NCBI GenBank assembly: GCA_963734525.1
Contig: CAVTHI010000009.1
Coordinates: forward strand, 67,429-131,428
Reading direction: 5' to 3'
Source: an uncultured archaeon
GTDB taxonomy: Archaea; Micrarchaeota; Micrarchaeia; Anstonellales; Bilamarchaeaceae
DNA: 64,000 nt
Shown: piece by piece, positions 53,065 to 61,865 of the stretch
Numbering within the stretch: the first letter of the stretch is position 1
Layout: each line of letters begins with the position of its first letter
Translations under genes and position numbers: made by a program
Notes under the pieces: generated by a model
What the model saw: the letters and a program-made list of their open reading frames with translations, nothing else
Told to the model about the DNA's origin: nothing
Databases searched by the model: none

Positions 53065-53718
53065 TCAGCCCTTCTTTTTACCGAAACTATAATCCGTATC
53101 GGGTGCCGGCAGCTTGGTCGTCAGCACCAGCCGCTGGCCGGGCGTATCGTATGCGACGGTCAGCGGGAGCGCGTTCCTGCCGCGGTCGCATTGCGTATGA
53201 AGCTGGCTTGCGAGCTCAGGCACTGCGCCCGGCATGAGGGTGACTATGCTGCTCATGTCCACCGGAGCAGAGCGGTTGCGCGGGTTGCTGAGCTGCGCGA
53301 CGATGTCGATGAACGGCTGCCTGGCGGCGCTGAATGACCTTCGTATGGTGGCCTGGAAAACGGACGGGTTGAACCCTATGCCGCGGTTTCCGGGGAGCAC
53401 CATCCAGTCGCTCGCGCCGTTCGTGGCCTGGTAGTAGCGGGCAAGGACAGAATTCGGGTTCGCCTCCACATAGGCGGAGAGAACGGCGGTGACGTCCGCA
53501 TCCTCGTTCCGGGCCTGGATTGCCTGGACCTCCCGCCTGATGGCGGCGACTTCCGCCGGGGGCGGCACCTGCGAGAACCGCTGGCGGATGACCGTGTTCA
53601 TGGCGGCATCGAAGCCTGCGCCCGCGCGCCTGCGGGTCTCCTCCTCGCTCAGCCTCGGCACGGTAATCTCCGCCGGTCTTCTCTGCTCTTCGGGTTGCCT
53701 TTGCCTTGGACCAGTCAT
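53065..53718 (-). CDS. hypothetical protein (217 aa)
   Basis: ATG 53718 overlaps the upstream stop (ATGA), with AGGTGA 6 nt upstream. No motif recognised. Confidence 0.5.
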   Translation of the reverse strand: MTGPRQRQPEEQRRPAEITVPRLSEEETRRRAGAGFDAAMNTVIRQRFSQVPPPAEVAAIRREVQAIQARNEDADVTAVLSAYVEANPNSVLARYYQATNGASDWMVLPGNRGIGFNPSVFQATIRRSFSAARQPFIDIVAQLSNPRNRSAPVDMSSIVTLMPGAVPELASQLHTQCDRGRNALPLTVAYDTPGQRLVLTTKLPAPDTDYSFGKKKG

Positions 53719-54365
53719 ATAATCACCTGATGGATTACGCCGAAATAACCTAATAAACATTCCAGCCCGCATACGGGTCGGAGAGGTCTATGCTCCAGCG
53801 CCTTCCGGCCACGCTCAGGACGGTGAGGTACTACGCCCGAAAGGCCGGGCGATGAAACGCCGCCGTCCTCCGCGATGACAGGCTTCAGGCTCACCTCGTA
53901 CGAGTTGGCGCTGATGAAGCGCCCGCTTATCAGCCCCAGCATCTCGGTGCCCCCGAGAACCCCGGTCCCCCCTATCGAGATTACCGCGCGGTCGGCGAGC
54001 ATGAGGACCGTGAAGTTTTCAGAGCACAGGACGCTCCGCGCGCCCCGCGAATCCGAATCGACCCGGAGGGACCTGCTCTGCGAATTGATGACGTCCGAGT
54101 ATGTGATGAACCGGCCGTCCTCGAACACGCACTGCCCGCGCTCCCAGGTCGAGGGCAGCGAGCGGCCTTTCGCATCAGGCGGCCCCGCCTCTGCAGCCCC
54201 AACGGGCGCTTCAGGCTGCAAAACCGGATTGGGCATCCGCGGCGACAATTCCGGCCTCATGACGAATGGGGCCGCGCATGAGCAGAGGAAGAAAGCGGAC
54301 AGCGCCGTCGCCGCGGCCCTGGCGGGCTTGCGTGTCGGCGGGGCGTCCATATGGGCGAGCTTCAT
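53715..54365 (-). CDS. hypothetical protein with a lipoprotein-like signal (216 aa)
   Basis: Start set at MKLAHMDAPPTRKPARAAATALSAFFLCSCAAP, i.e. a positive N-region, a hydrophobic core and Cys. AT-rich TATA-like sequence upstream (54385-54410). Confidence 0.5.
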   Translation of the reverse strand: MKLAHMDAPPTRKPARAAATALSAFFLCSCAAPFVMRPELSPRMPNPVLQPEAPVGAAEAGPPDAKGRSLPSTWERGQCVFEDGRFITYSDVINSQSRSLRVDSDSRGARSVLCSENFTVLMLADRAVISIGGTGVLGGTEMLGLISGRFISANSYEVSLKPVIAEDGGVSSPGLSGVVPHRPERGRKALEHRPLRPVCGLECLLGYFGVIHQVII

Positions 54366-54501
54366 AAAACCACTTATTGACCTTAAATAAAACAATTTAT
54401 AAGGGCGGATGGAGGGGACCGGTTCCGCCCGCCCCCGGCATTCAGCCGGCTCGCCCGCCGCATCGCACAGGATAAAAACCCTTATCTGATAGAACCCCCT
54501 C

Positions 54502-56106
54502 ATGGAGACATTCACGGATGAGGAGAGGCGGCTCCTCGAGCCATTCGTCAGCAACATGGATAGACCGGTTTTCGCCCTACGACGCCTGCCGGGAGTGGTT
54601 AAAGGCGCGCTATTCGCACGTTACAGCCGAAGCACGAACAGCCTGAGGCGAACGCTTCTGGACGAGTTCTTAAGGAATAAAGAAATCGGGATCAACGTTC
54701 AAACCGCAGGGCATAACCCATTCGATGACGTCATAAACACAAAAAAGGCGGAGGATTTCTATGACCGGGTGCTCCTTGGCTACGGGGACGATTCCGTGGC
54801 CGAGCTTGCCGGCGCGCACATCGCACTCGAGGACATCTCGATAATCGCGACGAAGATGGTCGAGGACGCGAGAATCGGGCTTTCCCCGCTGGAGAAATCC
54901 ACCAGATACGTTTATTTCGACCAAAAAGACGAGAACGGGAAATGGAGGTACTACGAGGAGCCGGACCTGATGGGTTCGGAATTCGCCCCGCTATACCGTG
55001 AAACGTGCGACTTGCTCTTTTCCACATACGCATCGCTCATCCCGAAAGTCTCGAAATATTTCTCGGAAAAGATGCCGAAGGATGCGAATCTGACACCTCG
55101 CGCGTACGAGGCCACTATCCGCGCTAAAACATGCGACGTGATACGCGGCCTGCTCCCCGCATCGACAAAAACGAATATGGGGTTTTACGGAAACGGGAGG
55201 GCATACGAGTATCTCATCACGAAACTATACGCCGACCCCCTGGCGGAGATGCGAAATCTCGCATCATCGATGCACGCTGAACTGGGTGTCGTGATCCCTT
55301 CCTTCGTGAAAAGGGCCAACACCCAGCATGGCAGGGAGACGCAGGATTATTTCAGGAAGACGCGCCTGGACGGCATGGGGTCGTGCATAGCCCCCGAGAA
55401 GGATGCGGACGAGGTCGTCCTTGTCGATTATGACGGGGATGCCGAGGAGCGCATCATCGCGGCCGCGCTTTACCCGTACTGCGGGGCGTCCATGAAAGCC
55501 CTGCTCGAAAAGGCAAGGGGGATGCCGGACGCCGAGCGCGGGAAGGTGCTTTCCGTGTACGCGGGCGAACGGTCGAACCGCAGGCACAAGCCCGGCCGCG
55601 CCTACGAGATGGCCTCTTACACGTTCGACATCTGCGCGAATTACGGGTGCTACCGCGACATCCACAGGCACCGCGTGCTCACCCAGCAGAGGCAGGCGCT
55701 CGGCTGCATGCACGGGTTCACGCTTCCGAAGGACATCATAGATTCCGGGTTCGAAGGCGAATTCAGGGACGCGATGGACGCGGCGAAAAACGCCTGGGCG
55801 CAAATCTCCAAAAAGCGCCCGCTCCAGGCGCAATACGTCGTGCCGCTCGCTTACCGCATCCGCTGGCAGATGACGATGAACCTGCGCGAGGCGTTCCATT
55901 TCTGCGAACTGCGCTCCCAGATGCAGGGGCATATCGATTACCGGCGCGTCGCGCAGGGGATGTACAGGGAGATATCGCGCGTGCACCCGCGCTTCGGCGC
56001 CCAGATGAAATTCGTCGACATGCAGGATTACCAGTTCGAGAGGCTGGAGGCCGAGAAGAAGCTCGACAAAAAAATCGCGGAGGCCGCAAAAAAGCATGGC
56101 AAGTGA
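54502..56106 (+). CDS. thyX: ThyX-family FAD-dependent thymidylate synthase, double-length form (534 aa)
   Basis: GALFARYSRS near the N-terminus, YRDIHRHRVLTQQRQ (RHR motif) and REAFHFCELRSQMQGHIDYR in the C-terminal half. Confidence 0.72.
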   Translation: METFTDEERRLLEPFVSNMDRPVFALRRLPGVVKGALFARYSRSTNSLRRTLLDEFLRNKEIGINVQTAGHNPFDDVINTKKAEDFYDRVLLGYGDDSVAELAGAHIALEDISIIATKMVEDARIGLSPLEKSTRYVYFDQKDENGKWRYYEEPDLMGSEFAPLYRETCDLLFSTYASLIPKVSKYFSEKMPKDANLTPRAYEATIRAKTCDVIRGLLPASTKTNMGFYGNGRAYEYLITKLYADPLAEMRNLASSMHAELGVVIPSFVKRANTQHGRETQDYFRKTRLDGMGSCIAPEKDADEVVLVDYDGDAEERIIAAALYPYCGASMKALLEKARGMPDAERGKVLSVYAGERSNRRHKPGRAYEMASYTFDICANYGCYRDIHRHRVLTQQRQALGCMHGFTLPKDIIDSGFEGEFRDAMDAAKNAWAQISKKRPLQAQYVVPLAYRIRWQMTMNLREAFHFCELRSQMQGHIDYRRVAQGMYREISRVHPRFGAQMKFVDMQDYQFERLEAEKKLDKKIAEAAKKHGK

Positions 56107-57028
56107 TTCGGCCTCGAAAAAAGGGGGTACGGGAAGCGTATATCTCATCGGCGCGAGTGGCAAGCTCGGGCGGGCCATCCTGGGCAAAATCGACGCGATC
56201 CCGGTTGTGCGCAGGGAGCGGGGGCTGAAGGGAGAAGTCGTAACGGATTATTCCACGGACAGCCTGAAAAAGGCTCTCGCCGGAGCTTCCGTCATCATCA
56301 TCGCGGCCGGCTCGACCGACACCCTCGACAAGAAAAAGATGCGCGAAGCGAACGTGGATTTGACGAAAAAAGTCGTGGATGCCGCCCCGAAAGGGAGCAG
56401 GATTCTCTTCGCGGGCTCGGTGTCGGTTTATGGGAAAACTCCGGAACGTCTGCCGGCGGACGAGCAGACGCCGGCCAGGCTGGACTCTGATTACGCCAAG
56501 ACAAAATACGAGGCCGAACGCATAGTGGCGGGATTCCCGAATCATGTGATTTTCCGCATAGGCACGCTGTACGGCCCGCAGTTCGAGGATTACACCCGCG
56601 TGCTTTCCATGATTGAGCGCGGCAAAATGAGGATTGTCGGGGACGGGAAAAATCGCGTTCCGTTCGTGCATGTGGACGACGTCGCGGACGCGTTCCGCAA
56701 GGCGCTTGGGAAGGGAAGCGGGATTTATGTCCTTGCGGGCGAGCCTTTGACGCAGGCCGAAATCCTTTCCATAGCCTCATCCGAGCTTTCGGTCGAGCCG
56801 CCTAAAAAGAGGGTTCCGAGAATCATTGCCATGTTCGCCGCCGCATTATCCGAAATCGGATACCGGTTCGGCGGAAAAAGGCCGAAGCTGACGCGCGAGC
56901 ACGTGGCCGTCCTGGGATATGACAGGGCGTTCGACTGCGCAAGGGCGAAGGCAGAGCTCGGATTCTCCCCGCGGCCGCTCGAAAACGGCATCCGCGAGAC
57001 CGTGCGGGAATACAAGAAAAGGCGCTGA
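56096..57028 (+). CDS. NAD-dependent epimerase/dehydratase (SDR) family protein
   Basis: Rossmann motif VYLIGASGKLGRAI and catalytic YAKTK (YxxxK). Overlaps the thyX end by 11 nt. Confidence 0.8.
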   Translation: MASDSASKKGGTGSVYLIGASGKLGRAILGKIDAIPVVRRERGLKGEVVTDYSTDSLKKALAGASVIIIAAGSTDTLDKKKMREANVDLTKKVVDAAPKGSRILFAGSVSVYGKTPERLPADEQTPARLDSDYAKTKYEAERIVAGFPNHVIFRIGTLYGPQFEDYTRVLSMIERGKMRIVGDGKNRVPFVHVDDVADAFRKALGKGSGIYVLAGEPLTQAEILSIASSELSVEPPKKRVPRIIAMFAAALSEIGYRFGGKRPKLTREHVAVLGYDRAFDCARAKAELGFSPRPLENGIRETVREYKKRR

Positions 57029-57118
57029 AGCCGGCGTCATCACCCCGCGGGCAGTCACAGCCACTCCCGGCCAGCCTGAACGTGCGGTTTTTATTGTTTG
57101 CACTGCTATCCCTAGCCT

Positions 57119-57847
57119 ATGAGAAGGGAGATTTTCGCGGTTCTGCTTATGTCGTTAGTCGCGAGCGCAGCCATCGACCAGTCCTACATACAGACGGTCT
57201 CTCGGAGCGGCGCTTCCAGCGTGGAGAAGACCATGGAGCTCGCGGTCTTTTCGAACCAGCTCGCAACAGAGGGACTGGCGAAGATGGCCGATTACTGCGA
57301 AAAAAGGTCCGACATCAACTGCAGCGTGGATGTCGAAGCCAAGGAGATCGTAATCACCGAGAATTTCGCCTCGGGGGGGTATTACGTATTCTCCAGCGAG
57401 TACGGAATCCCGTCCATCACCTATACGATGTCGATAAGCAGGGTGCCCACCGACAGGTTCAGCAACTCGCTAGGACGGCTCCTCGTGGCGGCTAATGCGA
57501 CCGATTACGCAGGGTCCGGCGGCTCGTCCAAGTCCATCGACCTCTCGGACAAGGAAGGGAACGCCGAGGCGGCCGCGATTCTGAAAACACTCAAGGCGAA
57601 CATCACATATGTGATTGTCATGCCGACCGGGGTGTCGGAAGCCAGGGCAGGAAGCGTGGAAGGAACGATTTCAGGCAAGACCGCATCATTCGACCTGCTT
57701 GAGGTCATGTCAGAGCAGGGCGGCCCGATTGTCGTGAAAAGCCAGGAGCTGAATTACGGCTACCTGATAGCAATCGCCGGGGTCATCGTCCTCGGGGCGC
57801 TCGCGCTCTCGTTTGCCGGGACCAGGCCCTCAAGAAGGAAGAAATAG
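57119..57847 (+). CDS. secreted protein with a C-terminal membrane anchor, unknown function
   Basis: N-terminal signal MRREIFAVLLMSLVASAA and C-terminal hydrophobic helix YLIAIAGVIVLGALALSFAG followed by RPSRRKK. Confidence 0.65.
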   Translation: MRREIFAVLLMSLVASAAIDQSYIQTVSRSGASSVEKTMELAVFSNQLATEGLAKMADYCEKRSDINCSVDVEAKEIVITENFASGGYYVFSSEYGIPSITYTMSISRVPTDRFSNSLGRLLVAANATDYAGSGGSSKSIDLSDKEGNAEAAAILKTLKANITYVIVMPTGVSEARAGSVEGTISGKTASFDLLEVMSEQGGPIVVKSQELNYGYLIAIAGVIVLGALALSFAGTRPSRRKK

Positions 57848-57904
57848 CAGATTTTTTAAAGCAAAATCGACATACCATTCATCCAGGTCAGAGGCAGGAT
57901 TCTT

Positions 57905-58945
57905 ATGGCAGGTATCATCGGTTATGGCGCTTATGTGCCGGTTTATCGGATAAAGACTTCCGAGATTGCCAGAGTTTGGGGCGAGGAGCCGGACCGCATC
58001 GAGAAGGGCCTTGGCATACTGGAAAAGGCGGTCGGAGGCGTGGACGAGGACACGGCGACGATATCCGTCGAGGCTGCCAGGAACGCCATCCTGAGGGCGG
58101 GAATAGACCCCAAGAAGCTCGGCGCGCTTTATGTTGGGAGCGAATCCCACCCGTACGCGGTCAAGCCCACCGGCACCATGGTGGCAGAAGCCCTCGGGGC
58201 TACTCCGAACCTGACGTGCGCCAACCTCGAATTCGCCTGCAAGGCAGGCACGGCGGGGCTCCAGATAGTGCTTGCGATGGTGGACGCCAAGATGATTGAA
58301 TACGGCATGGCGATAGGGGCCGACACCGCCCAGGGAAGGCCCGGGGACGCGCTCGAATACTCGGCGGCCTCCGGAGGCGCGGCTTATATCGCAGGGCCGG
58401 ACTCCGAATCGCTCGCGACGGTCGAGGGATGGTTCTCGTTCACTACGGACACGCCGGATTTCTGGCGCAGGCAGCATGCCGACTACCCGACGCACGGGGG
58501 GCGGTTCACGGGAAAGCCCGCGTATTTCAAGCACGTCGTCAGCGCGACGCAGGGATTGCTCGCCAAGCTCGGGACGAGGCTCGAGGATTACGATTATGTC
58601 GTGTTCCACCAGCCGAACGGGAAGTTCCCGCTCGAGGCCGCGAAGAAGCTCGGGATTCCCCCGGAAAAGCTCAAGGCGGGCCTGCTCACTCCTATAGTTG
58701 GGAACACATACTCCGGCGCATCACCGCTCGGCCTGAGCGCGGTGCTTGACGAGGCGAAGCCGGGCGCGAGGATTCTCATGACCTCGTTCGGCTCGGGGGC
58801 CGGAAGCGACTCGTTCTCGATTGTCGTGACGGACAGGATTGAGGCGGCGAGGGACAGGGCGCCGAAGACGAAGGACTACATCGCCAAGAAGAAGTACATC
58901 GATTACGCAACCTACATCAAATACAGGAGAAAAATCAAGTTGTAG
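57905..58945 (+). CDS. hydroxymethylglutaryl-CoA synthase (archaeal type)
   Basis: [21 protein letters not shown], catalytic-Cys context [30 protein letters not shown]. Confidence 0.9.
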   Translation: MAGIIGYGAYVPVYRIKTSEIARVWGEEPDRIEKGLGILEKAVGGVDEDTATISVEAARNAILRAGIDPKKLGALYVGSESHPYAVKPTGTMVAEALGATPNLTCANLEFACKAGTAGLQIVLAMVDAKMIEYGMAIGADTAQGRPGDALEYSAASGGAAYIAGPDSESLATVEGWFSFTTDTPDFWRRQHADYPTHGGRFTGKPAYFKHVVSATQGLLAKLGTRLEDYDYVVFHQPNGKFPLEAAKKLGIPPEKLKAGLLTPIVGNTYSGASPLGLSAVLDEAKPGARILMTSFGSGAGSDSFSIVVTDRIEAARDRAPKTKDYIAKKKYIDYATYIKYRRKIKL

Positions 58946-59114
58946 GAACAGCAGGCGGATTCGGATGCGTGCACGGTTCTACTTGGCCAGGGCTATAGCC
59001 GGCAGATGAAAAATAATAATTGGGCTGTCGTGAAGTTCGCTGCGCTCCTTCACTTCTTCCCAATTTTCCATGAGCCGCATTGCTGGGGCGGGCACCGGTT
59101 AAAAGAAAGGAAAA

Positions 59115-59323
59115 TTGGGCCTGCGGAGAGCCGCAGAATCGCAGGTCGAAACCTTCGACTCTTTTGAATTCCAGAAACTTTTTAGCAGGCCAGTTTTTGA
59201 TAAAACTTTTTCCTAAAAAGTTTTCTCCGGACCTACGGCTTTCATAGGCACTCAGTCGTATAGACAACTGTGCTAGAACGTGTCGTATAAGACCGTCGCT
59301 CTAACCGAGCTGAGCTACAGGCC
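59115..59323 (-). tRNA. tRNA gene (Ile-UAU-like) interrupted by several intervening sequences; 3' part non-canonical
   Basis: Minus read: GGGCCTG-TA-GCTC-AGCTCGGTTA-GAGC-G-ACGGT-CTTATA (anticodon TAT if spliced 37/38), 45-nt insert (59284-59240), A-GCCGT-AGGTC-CGGAG, then 96 nt (59223-59128) before CTCCG-CAGGCCC-A. A TTCAAAA heptamer (59167-59161) inside the 96 nt could be the T loop if two introns flank it. The anticodon and the splicing scheme are tentative. Confidence 0.5.
59173..59223 (-). repeat. Copy 2 of the AU-rich tRNA-intron element
   Basis: + strand caggccagtttttgataaaactttttcctaaaaagttttc (59185-59224) matches 810-847, including the 9-bp palindrome. Confidence 0.7.
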
Positions 59324-59348
59324 CAATCAAGGAGACGTTGCCGAATAA

Positions 59349-59359
59349 CTTTTATAAAG
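59349..59359 (-). promoter_or_regulatory. TATA-box-like element for the tRNA at 59323
   Basis: Minus-strand CTTTATAAAAG lies 26-36 nt upstream of the tRNA 5' end. Confidence 0.45.
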
Positions 59360-59362
59360 CAA

Positions 59363-59833
59363 TCAGAAAAAACTCTCCGGTATGACGGCGTGCGCAAAGA
59401 CGGGGTTGAGGTCCGTATGCAGGTCATACCTGAAAACGAATGGGTGCTCGCCGCACTGTAATAGCATCTGGTCCCGCGCTACGACGAGGGGACTGAACCC
59501 GCCCTTCCCGTCCATCAGGAAGAATCCTTCCGGGCATTGCATGTGCACGAGTTCATAGCCCGGGACGAAATGGGCTCCGGCCAGCCACATCCCGCGCAAT
59601 TCGCATTTGACATGCTGGGCAGCGCCCTCGAGCTTGGAAATAAGGCGCTCGGAGTATTCGACGCTCTCTTTCCGGGGTGGGTAAATCCTATCCGCGCCTT
59701 CGGTGTGGAATGAGCGGAACGCCAGTTTCGCCTCGTTCCTCCAGGGGCCGTCCTTCCTTTTGATGAACTCGGATAGGAGGGCCCGCGTCATTTCGCGGGT
59801 CCTGGACTGGGGTGAGTGCAAAACATGTGTCAT
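59363..59833 (-). CDS. hypothetical protein (156 aa)
   Basis: Start moved to ATG 59833 (MTHVLHSPQ...) because the first 127 tracked codons run antisense through folD. The remaining sequence is protein-like, with no motif recognised. Confidence 0.5.
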   Translation of the reverse strand: MTHVLHSPQSRTREMTRALLSEFIKRKDGPWRNEAKLAFRSFHTEGADRIYPPRKESVEYSERLISKLEGAAQHVKCELRGMWLAGAHFVPGYELVHMQCPEGFFLMDGKGGFSPLVVARDQMLLQCGEHPFVFRYDLHTDLNPVFAHAVIPESFF

Positions 59834-59915
59834 ATTCTGGGGTATGGGGGATAACGTAATATAAACCGTCCCCCGGCCATGCCGTTTTAAATTATTAGTC
59901 GGGCAAATCGTCCCC

Positions 59916-60749
59916 ATGTACAAAACCCTCTCAGGCAGGGAACCGGCTTCCGGCATCATCGAGAATGCGAAACATATCGTCAAGACCATGAAGAGGGCCC
60001 CGCACCTGGCAATCGTCCTGATGGGGAACGATTCCGCATCCGAGCTGTACGTCCGCAAGAAAATCCAGAAGGCCGAGTCCATAGGCGTCCTCGCCACGCT
60101 GTACCGGCTTGACTCGAACGCGAGCGAATCCGAACTGCTCGAACTGGTGAAGAGGCTTAACGGCGACGCGTCCATCGACGGCTTCATCGTGCAATCGCCG
60201 CTCCCGAAGCACATAGACTATACGCGCGTGGTCGAGATGATTTCCCCCTCCAAGGACGTGGACGGCTGGACCTCCACCAACATGGGGAGGATGTTCCTCG
60301 GCATATCGGAAACGTTCATGCCGGCGACCCCGATGGGCATCATGAAGATGCTCGACTACTACAAGGTCGATATCGCAGGGAAGGACGTAACGGTCGTCGG
60401 GCGCGGCAACGTCGTCGGAAAGCCGCTCGCGTTCATGCTCCTCGAGCGGAGCGCGACTGTGACCATCTGCCATTCCAAGACGAGGAACCTGGCGGAGCAT
60501 ACGAAAAAAGCCGACATCCTCATTTCTGCGGCCGGAAAGCCCCGCCTGATAAGCGCGGACATGGTCAAGGAAGGCGCTTACGTAATCGACGTCGGCACCG
60601 GAAGCGTGGGCGGCAAGACGGTCGGGGACGTGGATTTCGAGAACGTGATAAATAAGGCCCATTGCAGCCCGGTTCCCGGAGGCGTCGGGCCGATGACGGT
60701 GGCCATGCTGATAAGCAATGTCATCGAGGCCGCTATGAGAAGGCTATGA
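59916..60749 (+). CDS. folD: bifunctional methylenetetrahydrofolate dehydrogenase / cyclohydrolase
   Basis: LAIVLMGNDSASELYVRKK, DGFIVQSPLPKHID, VVGRGNVVGKPLAFML, PVPGGVGPMTVAML. Confidence 0.92.
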   Translation: MYKTLSGREPASGIIENAKHIVKTMKRAPHLAIVLMGNDSASELYVRKKIQKAESIGVLATLYRLDSNASESELLELVKRLNGDASIDGFIVQSPLPKHIDYTRVVEMISPSKDVDGWTSTNMGRMFLGISETFMPATPMGIMKMLDYYKVDIAGKDVTVVGRGNVVGKPLAFMLLERSATVTICHSKTRNLAEHTKKADILISAAGKPRLISADMVKEGAYVIDVGTGSVGGKTVGDVDFENVINKAHCSPVPGGVGPMTVAMLISNVIEAAMRRL

Positions 60750-61511
60750 GCCGGGGTATGCCCGGTTTATCTCATCCACGCGCCGGAAGAGCATCTTGTG
60801 GACGCCGGAGCCGTATTGCATCGCCTTCTTTTTCCTGCCGACGACGATTGCCGGCACGCCGAGCAGCTTCGCGGCTTCGCGGAGGATTCCCTTTTTCAGC
60901 GCCCGGTCATCCATGCGCTCCTCTATCGGGACCGAAAACATCATGTCGGCGAGCTCCTTGTTATAGAACGGGAACCGGGAATCCAGCCCGGAGCAGCGGC
61001 ACACCTTCTTCACGTAGGCCATGTCGCGTTGCGGAAGCGTCCTGAATTCCTCGCGCAGGAGCGCATCGACGTCCTTGCCCTCGTCCCTGCTTATGTAATA
61101 CCGTTCATAGCCCGCAAAAAGCTCCTCGGCGGCAGAGCCGAAAAGCAGGACCTGGTGTTTCTTCGATGCAGCCGCTTCGGCGACGCAATGCACGGGCACG
61201 AGTATCTCGAGCTTGAGGAAATCGAGGGGAAGCAGGGAATGGCATCGGGCGTATGCCGACATGGCTTTTTCCTCGTCTATCTTCACCACCGTGAGGGGCA
61301 GGCCGAGCGCGGTTGCGGCCTTGTCCGCGTATCCGACATCCTCGCTCCCCTCGGCTCCGGCCGTGAAAAGCTCCACGTCCGCGTGCTTGCGCGCTATGGA
61401 GGCGATGACCGTCGAATCCAGGCCGCCGGAGAATGCGATTGCCACCCGGTCCTCAAGGGCCTGCTCGACAGCACGGCTGATGAGCTCGGACAGGGGCAGA
61501 ATCATGGGCAA
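60744..61511 (-). CDS. asparagine synthase-related PP-loop ATPase
   Basis: PP-loop AFSGGLDSTVIA and Asn-synthase C-domain-like FGSAAEELFAGYERY. No glutaminase domain (255 aa). Confidence 0.78.
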   Translation of the reverse strand: MPMILPLSELISRAVEQALEDRVAIAFSGGLDSTVIASIARKHADVELFTAGAEGSEDVGYADKAATALGLPLTVVKIDEEKAMSAYARCHSLLPLDFLKLEILVPVHCVAEAAASKKHQVLLFGSAAEELFAGYERYYISRDEGKDVDALLREEFRTLPQRDMAYVKKVCRCSGLDSRFPFYNKELADMMFSVPIEERMDDRALKKGILREAAKLLGVPAIVVGRKKKAMQYGSGVHKMLFRRVDEINRAYPGS

Positions 61512-61525
61512 AAGATGCTGAAAAC

Positions 61526-61538
61526 GGTTTTTAAAATC
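61526..61538 (+). promoter_or_regulatory. TATA-box-like element for tRNA-Arg
   Basis: ggtttttaaaatc lies about 27-39 nt upstream of the tRNA 5' end. Confidence 0.45.
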
Positions 61539-61564
61539 ATGCGCGCATATCCAAACTCGCTGAT

Positions 61565-61691
61565 GGGCTCGTAGCTCAGCTTGGATAGAGCGACGCTCTC
61601 CTAATTAGTAAAAATAACTGCCCGTTTTTGGGCACCTTTTTACTAAAAAGGCGCAAGGCGAAGGTCGTGAGTTCAAATCTCACCGGGCCCG
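61565..61691 (+). tRNA. tRNA-Arg(CCU) with a 52-nt intron
   Basis: GGGCTCG-TA-GCTC-AGCTTGGATA-GAGC-G-ACGCT-CTCCTAA (anticodon CCT), insert 61605-61656, GGCGA-AGGTC-GTGAG-TTCAAAT-CTCAC-CGGGCCC-G. One A-A mismatch at 27:43. The intron carries a 10-bp stem TTAGTAAAAA/TTTTTACTAA and an inner hairpin TGCCC-GTTTTT-GGGCA. Confidence 0.75.
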
Positions 61692-61865
61692 TGAAGACAT
61701 CGGTAGCATATCAGGGCCTGGTGCACGAGATTTAAAATCTCGAACGCACCGGGCCCGTTTTCGCCCATAAATTTTCCCTTCGGGAAAATGGGCGACGAAT
61801 TCTATTTTCCGGACGTCCAACCCCATTATAAACACTTTTACACACAATAATATACGGGTGGGAGA

